From NCBI GenBank assembly GCA_027320085.1, contig DAHVLZ010000038.1:64001-128000 (forward strand): a DNA stretch of 64,000 nt, read 5' to 3'. Positions 55,607-64,000 of this stretch are shown one piece after another. Positions within the stretch are counted from its first letter, which is position 1; every line of letters starts with the position of its first letter. The notes beneath the pieces are model-generated. The model saw nothing but the letters and a program-made list of their open reading frames with translations, was not told the origin of the DNA and searched no databases. The translations under genes and the position numbers were made by a program. Origin of the DNA: Pseudomonadota bacterium. GTDB taxonomy: Bacteria; Pseudomonadota; Gammaproteobacteria; JAKAQQ01.

Positions 55607-56344
55607 ATGACCCTCAAGACCTTTTTCCACCGTCTGGGATCACCACCTTATTTCTACCAGATTTCCAAGCCCTGGGGCCGCGCCTTTGCCTGGATCGGCT
55701 TGATCCTGATTCTCGCGGGACTCTATGGCGGTCTGTGGCTTGCTCCACCTGACTACCAGCAGGGGAATGGTTTCCGGATCATGTACGTGCATGTTCCGAG
55801 TGCCTGGATGTCCTTGTTCGTGTTCATGGTGATCGCGGTATGCAGTTTTATCGCCCTGGTCTGGCGCATGCGCCTGGCTTATGCCGTGGCCGCCGCATCC
55901 GCTCCGCTGGGTGCCGCATTCACGGCAGTTGCCTTGGTGACAGGCTCCCTCTGGGGCAAGCCGATGTGGGGAACCTACTGGGTCTGGGATGCTCGACTCA
56001 CGTCTGAACTCATTCTGTTTTTCCTGTACTTGGGGGTGATTACCCTGAACCGTTCGTTCGAAGACCAGAAAACTGGCGACAAGGCGGCTGCGATCCTGGC
56101 CCTGGTCGGGGCCATCGATGTGCCGATCGTTCATTATTCCGTTGACTGGTGGCAGACCCTGCACCAGGGATCCAGTTTCAAGGGGCTCACATCGGAGATT
56201 GCGCCTTCCATGCTTTGGCCGCTTCTCGCCCTGATGGCGGGCTTCATGTTTTATTACGGTTGGCTCGTCTTGTGGCGAACCCGCTCCGAGCTCCTCCTGC
56301 GGGAGGCCGACCGTGACTGGGCCCAACAGGTGGTCGGGTCATGA
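55607..56344 (+). CDS. ccmC: Heme exporter protein C
   Basis: YVHVP, WGKPMWGTYWVWDARLTSEL (WWD domain), IVHYSVDWWQTLHQ. Confidence 0.96.
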   Translation: MTLKTFFHRLGSPPYFYQISKPWGRAFAWIGLILILAGLYGGLWLAPPDYQQGNGFRIMYVHVPSAWMSLFVFMVIAVCSFIALVWRMRLAYAVAAASAPLGAAFTAVALVTGSLWGKPMWGTYWVWDARLTSELILFFLYLGVITLNRSFEDQKTGDKAAAILALVGAIDVPIVHYSVDWWQTLHQGSSFKGLTSEIAPSMLWPLLALMAGFMFYYGWLVLWRTRSELLLREADRDWAQQVVGS

Positions 56345-56517
56345 CGTCCTGGCATGAATTCGTGACCATGGGCCGGTTCGGTCTTTTTGTGTGGCCGGCA
56401 TTCGGGTTTGGGTTGGTCGTCATGCTGCTCAACATTTACTGGGCCCATCTCCGCGAGAAGGCCGCTCACCGGGAGGTTCGCGAGTCCCGTTCCACCGAGG
56501 AGGAAATCCGATCATGA
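56341..56517 (+). CDS. ccmD: Heme exporter protein D (58 aa, absent from the ORF track)
   Basis: Hand translation MTSWHEFVTMGRFGLFVWPAFG...; ATGA overlaps with both ccmC and ccmE. Confidence 0.9.
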   Translation: MTSWHEFVTMGRFGLFVWPAFGFGLVVMLLNIYWAHLREKAAHREVRESRSTEEEIRS

Positions 56518-56984
56518 CCCGTCGACACCAGCGACTCGTGATGGTGCTGCTCATGCTCGTCTGCGTTTCAGCAGCGGTGGCCTTTGCCTTGCGCGCCTTC
56601 AACGGCGATCTGCTTTATTACATTACCCCCACGCAACTGGCCGATGGGCGTGCCCCGGCCCATGGTGCCTTCCGCCTGGGCGGAATCGTCGCCCCGGGCA
56701 GTGTCCACCGGAAGCGAGGAAGTATGACCGTGCATTTTGTCTTGACCGACTACCATCATACGGTGCCCGTCGTCTATACCGGGATCCTGCCGGATTTGTT
56801 CCGCGTGGGGCAGGGGATCGTCGTCAAGGGGCAGCTGGTCAACGGCGTATTTCTGGCCACTCAGGTATTGGCCAAGCATAGCGCCAAGTACATGCCGCCC
56901 GGGATCCATGGAGCGAAGCCGCCCGTCCCGCACCAGAAAATGTTGGCGCTGCAACGCTCCCTGCGGGAAGCTCCAGGCGCATGA
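56514..56984 (+). CDS. ccmE: Heme chaperone CcmE
   Basis: MTRRHQRL + TM, RLGGIV, YTGILPDLFR, VLAKHSAKYMPP (HxxxY); GAGGAGG RBS. Confidence 0.95.
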   Translation: MTRRHQRLVMVLLMLVCVSAAVAFALRAFNGDLLYYITPTQLADGRAPAHGAFRLGGIVAPGSVHRKRGSMTVHFVLTDYHHTVPVVYTGILPDLFRVGQGIVVKGQLVNGVFLATQVLAKHSAKYMPPGIHGAKPPVPHQKMLALQRSLREAPGA

Positions 56985-58981
56985 TCGCCGAAATCGGCCT
57001 CTATGCCCTGATCCTGGCCTTCTTCATGGCGGCCAGCCAGACCTTTTTCGGTCTCGCGGGGGCCGGAACGGGGCGTCTAAGATGGATGGCCATAACCCGC
57101 CCTGCGGCTTTTGGCCAGCTGTTCTTCATGGCCCTCTCGTACGGCTGTCTCACCGATTTGTTCGTCACGAGCAACTACTCGGTCCGTTACGTGGCGAAAT
57201 ACTCGAATGCGCTGATGCCGTTTTTCTACAGGGTCGCGGGAGTTTGGGGGGCACACGAGGGCTCCATGATGCTCTGGATGCTCGTGCTCGCCCTCTGGAC
57301 GGGGATGGTTGCCGTGTTCAGCAGGAAGTTGCCGGTGGTTTTTGCCAATCGTGTGCTGGGTGTCCTGGGCGCCATCGCCTGCGGGTTTTTTCTCTTTACC
57401 CTGATCACTTCGAACCCGTTTGTCCGCTTGCTGCCTCCGGCGTTGCATGGGGGCACCTTGAATCCGATTCTCGAGGATCCCCTCCTGGTCATTCATCCAC
57501 CGATGCTCTACATGGGCTACGTGGGTTTGTCCGTGGCTTTTGCTTTTGCGGTCGCGGCCCTGATCGGGGGACGGATGGATGCCGCCTGGGCACGCTGGAC
57601 CCGTCCCTGGACGTTGGCCGCCTGGATCTTTCTCACGGTCGGCATTGTCCTGGGCAGTTTCTGGTCGTACTACGAGTTGGGATGGGGCGGATGGTGGTTC
57701 TGGGACCCGGTCGAGAATGCATCCTTCATGCCCTGGCTCATTGCCACGGCCCTGATCCATTCCCTTGCGGTGAGCGAAAAGCGCGGCGCCTTCAAGAGTT
57801 GGACGGCATTGCTGGCCATTGCCGGATTTTCACTGAGCCTCCTCGGGACTTTTCTTGTCCGGTCCGGGGTTTTGATTTCCATCCACGCCTTCGCCATGGA
57901 TCCCCGGCGTGGAATGTTCATCCTCGTGCTTTTGGGCGTGATGTCGGCACTCGCACTCGCGGTCTATGTCTGGCGCGCGCCGCTGCTCTGGGAAGACGGC
58001 GGCGGGTTCCGCTTTCTTTCACGGGAAACCCTGATTCTTTTCAACAATATCCTACTCGTGGCCGGTGCAGCGGCCGTATTCATCGGGACCATCTACCCCC
58101 TGTTCATCGAGGTCTTCGGGCTCGGCCGTCTGTCGGTCGGGCCGCCTTATTTCGACCATGTGTTCATCCCGATCATGTTTCCCTTGTTTATCCTGATCGG
58201 GATTGGACCGTACCTGAGCTGGAAAAGCGGCTCACTGCGTGCATTATTCAGGCGTCTCTGGATTTCCGCGCTCCTGTGGCTGCTGGTCTGTCTTCTGCTG
58301 CTGCTTCTGGCTTTTGATTCCCACTGGCCGCCCATGACGTGGCTGGGCGTACTTTTTGGATCCTGGGTACTTCTGACCGCTTTCGTCGAACCGATCAGGA
58401 GGCTCTGGCTTCGTTTTCGGAGGGAACCGGTGCGCCTGCCGAATGGCGTGCTCGGCATGAGCCTGGCCCATTTTGGTGTTGGCGTCATCATTCTCGGCAT
58501 TACGGTCAGTACGACCCTCGGCGTGTGGCGCGACATGCCTCTGAAACCGGGCCAGTCCTATCGGATGGCGGGTTTCCGCTACCGTTTTGATGCCATCGGG
58601 CCGGCTCGGGGGCGCAACTGGACCGGGGTTCGGGCCACCTTTTCTATCTTTCATCAGGGTCGTCTCTTCGCGGTGGTTCATCCGGAAAAAAGGCACTTCT
58701 TCCCTGATGGCGGCACCACCACCAACGCGGCCATCGTCGGGGGAGGGCTCCATGACCTCTTTGTCTCGCTTGGCAATCCTTTGGGCCAGGGAAAATGGAG
58801 TCTCCGTTTCCGTTATGAACCGATGGTCATTTTTGTCTGGCTGGGCGGATTACTGATGGCTCTGGGCGGACTTTTGGCCTTGGCGGACCGCCGTTACCGG
58901 ATTGCCCTCGAAGTCCGTCCGTACCTGCCGATTGAGGATTCCTCAAACTCTCCGGATCAGGCGGAAGAGGAATCTCCGTGA
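56981..58981 (+). CDS. ccmF: Cytochrome c heme lyase
   Basis: WGAHEGS, HPPMLYMGY, WGGWWFWDPVENAS, VRSGVLISIHAFA, SVGPPYF, AHFG. Confidence 0.97.
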   Translation: MIAEIGLYALILAFFMAASQTFFGLAGAGTGRLRWMAITRPAAFGQLFFMALSYGCLTDLFVTSNYSVRYVAKYSNALMPFFYRVAGVWGAHEGSMMLWMLVLALWTGMVAVFSRKLPVVFANRVLGVLGAIACGFFLFTLITSNPFVRLLPPALHGGTLNPILEDPLLVIHPPMLYMGYVGLSVAFAFAVAALIGGRMDAAWARWTRPWTLAAWIFLTVGIVLGSFWSYYELGWGGWWFWDPVENASFMPWLIATALIHSLAVSEKRGAFKSWTALLAIAGFSLSLLGTFLVRSGVLISIHAFAMDPRRGMFILVLLGVMSALALAVYVWRAPLLWEDGGGFRFLSRETLILFNNILLVAGAAAVFIGTIYPLFIEVFGLGRLSVGPPYFDHVFIPIMFPLFILIGIGPYLSWKSGSLRALFRRLWISALLWLLVCLLLLLLAFDSHWPPMTWLGVLFGSWVLLTAFVEPIRRLWLRFRREPVRLPNGVLGMSLAHFGVGVIILGITVSTTLGVWRDMPLKPGQSYRMAGFRYRFDAIGPARGRNWTGVRATFSIFHQGRLFAVVHPEKRHFFPDGGTTTNAAIVGGGLHDLFVSLGNPLGQGKWSLRFRYEPMVIFVWLGGLLMALGGLLALADRRYRIALEVRPYLPIEDSSNSPDQAEEESP

Positions 58982-59532
58982 AGAAAAAGTCGCGCTACCT
59001 GATCGGGGTGATCCCGCTCGTCTTGGTGGCCGGGCTGTTGGTCGCGCTTTGGGCGGGCCTATCACACCAACCTTCGATCATTCCCTCCCCCCTGATCGGA
59101 AGACCCGCCCCACCCCTGACCTTGCCCCGACTGGCCCATCCGGACCGCCAGGTGACCCGCCTGGTTTTCAAAAACCATGTCACGCTGCTTAATGTCTGGG
59201 CGAGCTGGTGTGTTTCCTGCCAGTATGAACACTCGACCCTGCTTTGGCTCCAGCGGCATGGAGTCCGGATCATCGGCCTTGATTACAAGGATCACCGTAT
59301 CCCGGCCTTGGCCTATCTCAAAAAATATGGCAACCCCTATGTGCAGGTGGCCTATGACCGGAGGGGGCTCGCCACCATCAATTGGGGGGTCTACGGTACG
59401 CCGGAAACCTTCGTGGTGGGACCTCACGGCCACATCCGTTACAAGTACGTGGGCCCGATTCCCCAGCCTGTGGCCCGGCGGACCATTCTTCCGCTGGTGC
59501 AACGGCTCAGGCTTGACGAATCGGTATCATGA
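58978..59532 (+). CDS. ccmG: Thiol:disulfide interchange protein DsbE/CcmG
   Basis: NVWASWCVSC, GNPY, WGVYGTPETF. Confidence 0.95.
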   Translation: MKKKSRYLIGVIPLVLVAGLLVALWAGLSHQPSIIPSPLIGRPAPPLTLPRLAHPDRQVTRLVFKNHVTLLNVWASWCVSCQYEHSTLLWLQRHGVRIIGLDYKDHRIPALAYLKKYGNPYVQVAYDRRGLATINWGVYGTPETFVVGPHGHIRYKYVGPIPQPVARRTILPLVQRLRLDESVS

Positions 59533-59963
59533 ACCGGATCCGCATTTTGCCTGTCTTGCTTATGGCATTCCTTCTGGCCAATGCCGCCCGTGCCGTCGAA
59601 AATCACCCGCCTCTCGCCAATCCCGTCCTGGAACGGCGCTACCAGCACCTAACCGAGGAAATCCGCTGTCTGGTCTGCCAGGACCAGAATATTGCCAACT
59701 CACCGGCCCCCCTGGCCGCCAATCTGCGATATGAAGTCCGCCGACTGCTCTTTGCGGGAGCCACCAACGCGGCCATCAAGCGCTACCTGACCCGTCGCTA
59801 CGGGGATTTCGTGCTCTACAAGCCGCCCGTGCAGCCCGATACCTGGTTGCTCTGGTTTGGACCCTTCGCCCTCCTGCTGATTGGCCTGACCATGATCCTG
59901 TTGCTCATCCGCCAGAAAAGCAGGTTGTACAAGCGCGAACACGGGAGGACACCGGCGTCATGA
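59529..59963 (+). CDS. ccmH: Cytochrome c biogenesis protein CcmH (CycL)
   Basis: EIRCLVCQDQNIANS, RYGDFVLYKP, LLWFGP. Confidence 0.95.
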   Translation: MNRIRILPVLLMAFLLANAARAVENHPPLANPVLERRYQHLTEEIRCLVCQDQNIANSPAPLAANLRYEVRRLLFAGATNAAIKRYLTRRYGDFVLYKPPVQPDTWLLWFGPFALLLIGLTMILLLIRQKSRLYKREHGRTPAS

Positions 59964-61177
59964 TTTTCCTTTTGATAGCCGTCCTGATGACCGTCCTGGC
60001 CGGGCTGATTGTGGCCTGGCCGCTCCGACATGCCCGGCGAGTGTCCGGAACGGCTGACGAGGATTTCAAGCAGTCCCTAAGGCAGCACACCCTTCGCGAG
60101 CTGGCTGAGGAGGTGACCAGTGGGGATCTCAGTCCGTCTGAGCTGGATTGGGCTCGCCAGGACGCGTTGCGCAATATCGAGATTCCAACCGCCGGGAGCA
60201 GTCGGGCAACTGTCAAAGTTCTACACCGGGTTCGGACCCCAGCCTGGCCCTTTCTCCTGGTTCTTTTTATCGCCGCTCCGCTCCTCTTTCTCACCTGGGG
60301 CAACTGGCGAAGTGCAGTCCTGGGTGTGCGTGCCGCCAGCCGCTACAACCTGGACCGGGCCATCGACCACTTTGCCCTCCACCTGAAAAAGCATCCTGCG
60401 GATCTTGCGGGCTGGCGGCTCTATGCCCGGGCCCAGATCATGATGGGACATTATGCGCAAGCGGCGGAAGCCTATGCCACGATCCTCAAATTGCCGGGTC
60501 AACAACAATCGGCCTCTGCCCTCGCGGGTTACGGGGAGTGTCTGGTTCTCGAGCACCCCGATCTTCTGGATGCCACCGAAGACTCGATCTTCAACCGGGT
60601 TTTGGAACTACGGCCGGACAACTCGAAGGCACTTTGGTACGGCGGGCTTTTGGCCCTGATGGTCGGGCATGACCGGGCCCTGGCCCTCCAGCGCTTCCGG
60701 CAGCTGCTCGAGCTGGGCGGATTGCCTCCGGCCTTCACTCGTCTGGTTGAGGAACGGATCGTGGCTTTGGGGGGGGGCTTGCCGGTTTTGTGGGAACCTG
60801 AGGCGATCGGTTTCCGGATCGGCCGTGATCCTGCACTCGCCGGGGAAATCCGGGGCGGAACCCTGTTTGTCCTGGTCCGGACCGACAACATGCACAGCGC
60901 GCCGCTCTGGGTGCGGCAGGTTCCCATGGAACGGCTGCCGGTGACGGTCCGCCTGGAGGCCCGGGATGCCATGCGAGCTCAAGCCCGCTTTGGGTCCGGA
61001 CTCCACTACCTGCTGGAAGCCCGCTGGTCGCCAGCCAGGGGAGAGAATGCACTCTCCCGTGTTCGCTTCACCGCATCCCGTGTTGTGACCGGCAGGTCGC
61101 TCAAGGGCCATCCGGTCTTCCGCCTGAATTTCAAGGCAACCCCGCCACGGAGACCGGCGGGCTCCCCGACGCCCTGA
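59960..61177 (+). CDS. ccmI: TPR-containing cytochrome c biogenesis protein CcmI (CycH)
   Basis: N-terminal TM (WPL), second TM, TPRs (HPADLAGW, KALWYGG), C-terminal Ig-like domain (TLFVLVR, LPVTVRL). Confidence 0.85.
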   Translation: MIFLLIAVLMTVLAGLIVAWPLRHARRVSGTADEDFKQSLRQHTLRELAEEVTSGDLSPSELDWARQDALRNIEIPTAGSSRATVKVLHRVRTPAWPFLLVLFIAAPLLFLTWGNWRSAVLGVRAASRYNLDRAIDHFALHLKKHPADLAGWRLYARAQIMMGHYAQAAEAYATILKLPGQQQSASALAGYGECLVLEHPDLLDATEDSIFNRVLELRPDNSKALWYGGLLALMVGHDRALALQRFRQLLELGGLPPAFTRLVEERIVALGGGLPVLWEPEAIGFRIGRDPALAGEIRGGTLFVLVRTDNMHSAPLWVRQVPMERLPVTVRLEARDAMRAQARFGSGLHYLLEARWSPARGENALSRVRFTASRVVTGRSLKGHPVFRLNFKATPPRRPAGSPTP

Positions 61178-61193
61178 GCGGTAGGCGAAAGCG

Positions 61194-62102
61194 ATGGAAT
61201 ACCAGGATTACTACCAGATTTTGGGAGTCAAGCGGGATGCTTCGGTCGACGAGATCAAGCGGGTTTACCGGAAGCTGGCCAGAAAATACCACCCGGATGT
61301 TTCAAAAGAGCCCGGAGCGGAGGAACGCTTCAAGAACATTTCCATGGCGTATGAAGTGCTCAGCAACCCGGAAAAAAAGAAGGCCTATGACCAGCTCGGC
61401 AGTTACCAGCCGGGACAGAACTTCAAGCCGCCTCCTGATTGGGAACGACGTTACGGCGGGGGTGGGGACTTCAGCGGCATGTCCTTTTCGGACCTGTTCG
61501 AGCAGATTTTTTCGGGTTTCGGGGCGAATCCGGGGAATTCCGGTTTCCGGACGGAAGATGGGGCCCGTATGAAAGCCCCGCCGGCCTTCCAGGCCGAGGT
61601 GGAAATCACCCTGGAGGAAGCCTCAAGGGGGACCGAGCGGGTTTTCGAGATCGACGGGCGGAAAATCAGGATCCGGATTCCCAAGGGTGCGCACAATGGC
61701 CAGAAACTGAGGGTCCCCATCCGCTCCCGGCGTGGCTGGAACCGGATGTCGGGAGGAGGGGATCTTCAGATCACCATCCGTCTCCTGCCCCATCCGTTGT
61801 TCCGTCCGGTCGATGACCACCTCGAGATGGAAGTCCCGATCACCCCGGCGGAAGCCGTGTTGGGTACAGAGGTTGAGACCCCAACCTTTGCCGGACGCGT
61901 TCGTCTCCGGATTCCGCCGGCGACAAGTTCGGGACAAAGTTTCCGGCTGGAAAAGAAAGGGATGACGAAGCCATCCGGGGAGGCCGGTGACCTTTGGGTG
62001 CGGGTGAAGATTGTGGCGGAGAAACCCCACTCGGAGCGGGAACGGCAGCTGTACGAGGAACTCAGGAGGATTCAGGGCACAAAGATTAGACAGAACTTCT
62101 AA
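61194..62102 (+). CDS. cbpA: DnaJ-class co-chaperone / curved DNA-binding protein
   Basis: MEYQDYYQILGV, J-domain HPD, no zinc finger, DnaJ_C domain. Confidence 0.85.
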   Translation: MEYQDYYQILGVKRDASVDEIKRVYRKLARKYHPDVSKEPGAEERFKNISMAYEVLSNPEKKKAYDQLGSYQPGQNFKPPPDWERRYGGGGDFSGMSFSDLFEQIFSGFGANPGNSGFRTEDGARMKAPPAFQAEVEITLEEASRGTERVFEIDGRKIRIRIPKGAHNGQKLRVPIRSRRGWNRMSGGGDLQITIRLLPHPLFRPVDDHLEMEVPITPAEAVLGTEVETPTFAGRVRLRIPPATSSGQSFRLEKKGMTKPSGEAGDLWVRVKIVAEKPHSERERQLYEELRRIQGTKIRQNF

Positions 62103-62335
62103 ATAAAAGCATATTTTATTGATTAACAATAGCAAATTCTTGAAACTTTCTTTTTTGGAAACTAAATTATCTACATTAGGAATATTATATAAGTATATGT
62201 TATATATAAGTTTATTAAAAAAATAACGGCCATTGCGTCTGCTCCTTTTCTAGTCTAGATTTTGGGACACGGGGCGCCCGATTTTTTGGGCCTCCGGGTG
62301 GACTCCTTAAAATCAACTTGCTGGAGGAAAATTTG

Positions 62336-62911
62336 ATGAACAGTAGAAACTCCATCCTCTCGTCGATTGGCTTTTTTACGATCGGGCTCACGCTCTGGCT
62401 CACGGCACTCAAACCGGTGGGTTTTACGAATACCGACTTTGACATGGTCTTCGGAGGGCTCATCCTGGCGGTTGGTATCGTCCTTCTGATCCTCTCCATT
62501 TTGAGCGTGCAAGGCGGAGAACATGCCTTTGACGGACTCGTGTTTTTTGCCTTCAGCTTGATTGCCCTGATTTTTTCACTTCCGAACTATTCACACGAAA
62601 CCGGCTCCATGATGAATGCACCAGTCTTGGTCGGTTGGTTTTACCTGCTCTGGGCCTTTTTCTGGTTTTTCCTCTGGTTCGGTTCACTGAAGAGCCATCC
62701 CTTCATGCACATGTTTTTCCTCCTCTTGGCCTGGTTGTCCACCTTCGCCATTGCCATTTTTGAGTACACGGGCACGCGGGGTTTTCTCACCGTCGGGGGA
62801 TACCTCCAGTTGCTCTGGTCACTGGTTGCGATCTACATTTCGGCGGGATCAGCCCTTCATGCGCTTTGTGGGAAAAACTGCTTACCCATGGGTGCCAAGA
62901 AGGCTTCCTGA
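62336..62911 (+). CDS. Divergent SatP/YaaH (GPR1/FUN34) family carboxylate channel
   Basis: Six hydrophobic segments; GWFYLLW..F.FFLWFGSLK and GGYL.L...LVAIYISAG..L....G...LPMG resemble the SatP C-terminal half; GGAGG RBS. Confidence 0.7.
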   Translation: MNSRNSILSSIGFFTIGLTLWLTALKPVGFTNTDFDMVFGGLILAVGIVLLILSILSVQGGEHAFDGLVFFAFSLIALIFSLPNYSHETGSMMNAPVLVGWFYLLWAFFWFFLWFGSLKSHPFMHMFFLLLAWLSTFAIAIFEYTGTRGFLTVGGYLQLLWSLVAIYISAGSALHALCGKNCLPMGAKKAS

Positions 62912-62931
62912 GCATTCTGGGGCTTCGCGAT

Positions 62932-62957
62932 CCGGAGCCACCTTCCGGTGGCTCCGG
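62932..62957. terminator. Hairpin between convergent genes
   Basis: Perfect 11-bp stem CCGGAGCCACC-TTCC-GGTGGCTCCGG; no clear U-tract. Confidence 0.55.
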
Positions 62958-62967
62958 GGGGCGTTCC

Positions 62968-63786
62968 CTAGCGGAAACGGAAGTAGAGGCCGATCAGCTC
63001 ATTCAGGCCGGATGCCTGGTCTACGAGCGGGCTCTGGCGGATGGCCGTGCCGTACCATTCGTACTCCAGTGCTCCCACCAAGGTGAAGTGGGAACCGAGT
63101 TCGAGGCCTCCATCGACGCCGATCAGCTCATTCAGGGCTGACCCGGGCGCATAGGAGGGATGTCGGGCATTGGCCTCACTTGCAGGAATGCCGAAGTAGT
63201 AGTTGATGAGATTTCCGCTTTCCCATTCGATCCCTGCCTTGGGGACCACGAAGAAACGGATGGCAGGGAAGATCGGCCAGTCTCCCGCCAGACGGGTGAA
63301 CAGCGTGGCGCGGATTTTCTGGCCGTGGTTGCGCCCCAGAAGATCGGTGAGTACCGTGGTCCGGACTCCGAACCCCGGTTGGCGGTAGACAAGGTCCACA
63401 CCCCCCATGGCCGAGGCCAGCCGTGGGGACAGTCCGTAGAATGTCGGGCTCATGTACCCGTCGTAATGCAGCAGTTCCGGTTCAGCTACGAGATCGATCG
63501 TCCAGTCCTTGGTCGGCTGCCAGAGGTGCCACCCGATCGTGAGGCCGTGCAGGTAGAACCCGTTTTGTGTGCTGACGTTGAAGAGGGGAATGAAGCGGCT
63601 CCACCGGGGCGCACCTTGGTAGGGCATCGCAAGGCTTACAAACCCCAGACCCAATGACCAGCCGGGTTCGTCCAGGTTGAAGTTCGTGACCGGGGGGGTG
63701 GCCTGGGACGGGGTCAGGCTTGCACAGAAAAGGAGGAGGAACAGGCAGATCCCGTGGGCGCGGTGGAATCGGATTTTGCGCTTCAT
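62968..63786 (-). CDS. MipA/OmpV family outer-membrane protein
   Basis: Signal peptide, GLG...PYQG, DLLGRNHG, NYYFGI...EA, IRQSPLVD, C-terminal aromatic beta strand. Confidence 0.88.
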   Translation of the reverse strand: MKRKIRFHRAHGICLFLLLFCASLTPSQATPPVTNFNLDEPGWSLGLGFVSLAMPYQGAPRWSRFIPLFNVSTQNGFYLHGLTIGWHLWQPTKDWTIDLVAEPELLHYDGYMSPTFYGLSPRLASAMGGVDLVYRQPGFGVRTTVLTDLLGRNHGQKIRATLFTRLAGDWPIFPAIRFFVVPKAGIEWESGNLINYYFGIPASEANARHPSYAPGSALNELIGVDGGLELGSHFTLVGALEYEWYGTAIRQSPLVDQASGLNELIGLYFRFR

Positions 63787-63795
63787 GGCCCTACC

Positions 63796-64000
63796 TCAGA
63801 AAGTCTCATGCAGGCCGACCATAAAGCCGCCTGGCAATAACCCGAGAACGAAAGGTTGCTTTTCCTCGTGGGCGTAGATGCCCCAGGCGGTACCAATGGC
63901 CCAACCGGCGATCACGTCCGTCTGCCAGTGACCGCGGGCCCGCATCCGGCCCAGGGCATCGTAGAGGGGTAGCACTTCGAGACCCCAGACCCAGGGATTT
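63796..64000 (-). CDS. PAP2 family phosphatase, C-terminal part (runs off the right edge)
   Basis: Hand translation ...LPLYDALGRMRARGHWQTDVIAGWAIG...FMVGLHETF*; contains the PAP2 third motif R-x5-H-x2-D. Confidence 0.82.
   Translation of the reverse strand, partial: NPWVWGLEVLPLYDALGRMRARGHWQTDVIAGWAIGTAWGIYAHEEKQPFVLGLLPGGFMVGLHETF

Noticed and set aside
56908-58317. 469-aa alternative-frame ORF over ccmF
   Set aside because: Arg/Pro/Gly-rich off-frame translation; ccmF is intact in its own frame
62161-62225. Possible dif site or replication origin in the AT-rich tract
   Set aside because: No XerC/XerD arms (CATAA-N6-TTATGTTAAAT) and no DnaA-box cluster seen

Overview
A gene-dense, GC-rich chromosomal segment of a gammaproteobacterium, made almost entirely of core and physiological genes. 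I found no integrase, transposase, prophage, CRISPR array or rRNA. In order: lpxA(partial)-lpxB-rnhB-dnaE-accA-tilS; a divergent anaerobic ubiquinone locus (ubiU <- FNR box -> ubiT, AroQ-fold chorismate mutase-like gene, ubiV, ubiD); acnA, mnmA, a GlyGly-CTERM-anchored atypical subtilase, a GNAT fusion and purB on the minus strand; fumC; a mazG-domain/hypothetical/mscS/kch operon; degV; uppP with a lysine catabolic pair; a MAPEG gene; a TetR-controlled RND efflux system; pirin; icd-uvrY-(thioredoxin/NHL)-uvrC-pgsA; two exported S9 peptidases around an inverted tRNA Gly-Cys-Leu cluster; a LOG-family gene; an acyl-CoA dehydrogenase; a complete ccmABCDEFGHI operon; cbpA; a divergent SatP-family channel; mipA/ompV; and a partial PAP2 phosphatase. 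The best candidate for a new system is the stand-alone chorismate-mutase-fold gene tightly linked inside the FNR-box-preceded ubiT-ubiV-ubiD operon. It could supply prephenate (the O donor for UbiU/V hydroxylation) or the 4-hydroxybenzoate ring precursor. Several independent features suggest an acidophilic host: an NAD-type IDH signature, a nearly Lys/Arg-free surface protease, basic periplasmic proteins, and Kch/MscS. All calls come from reading motifs by eye; no searches were run.
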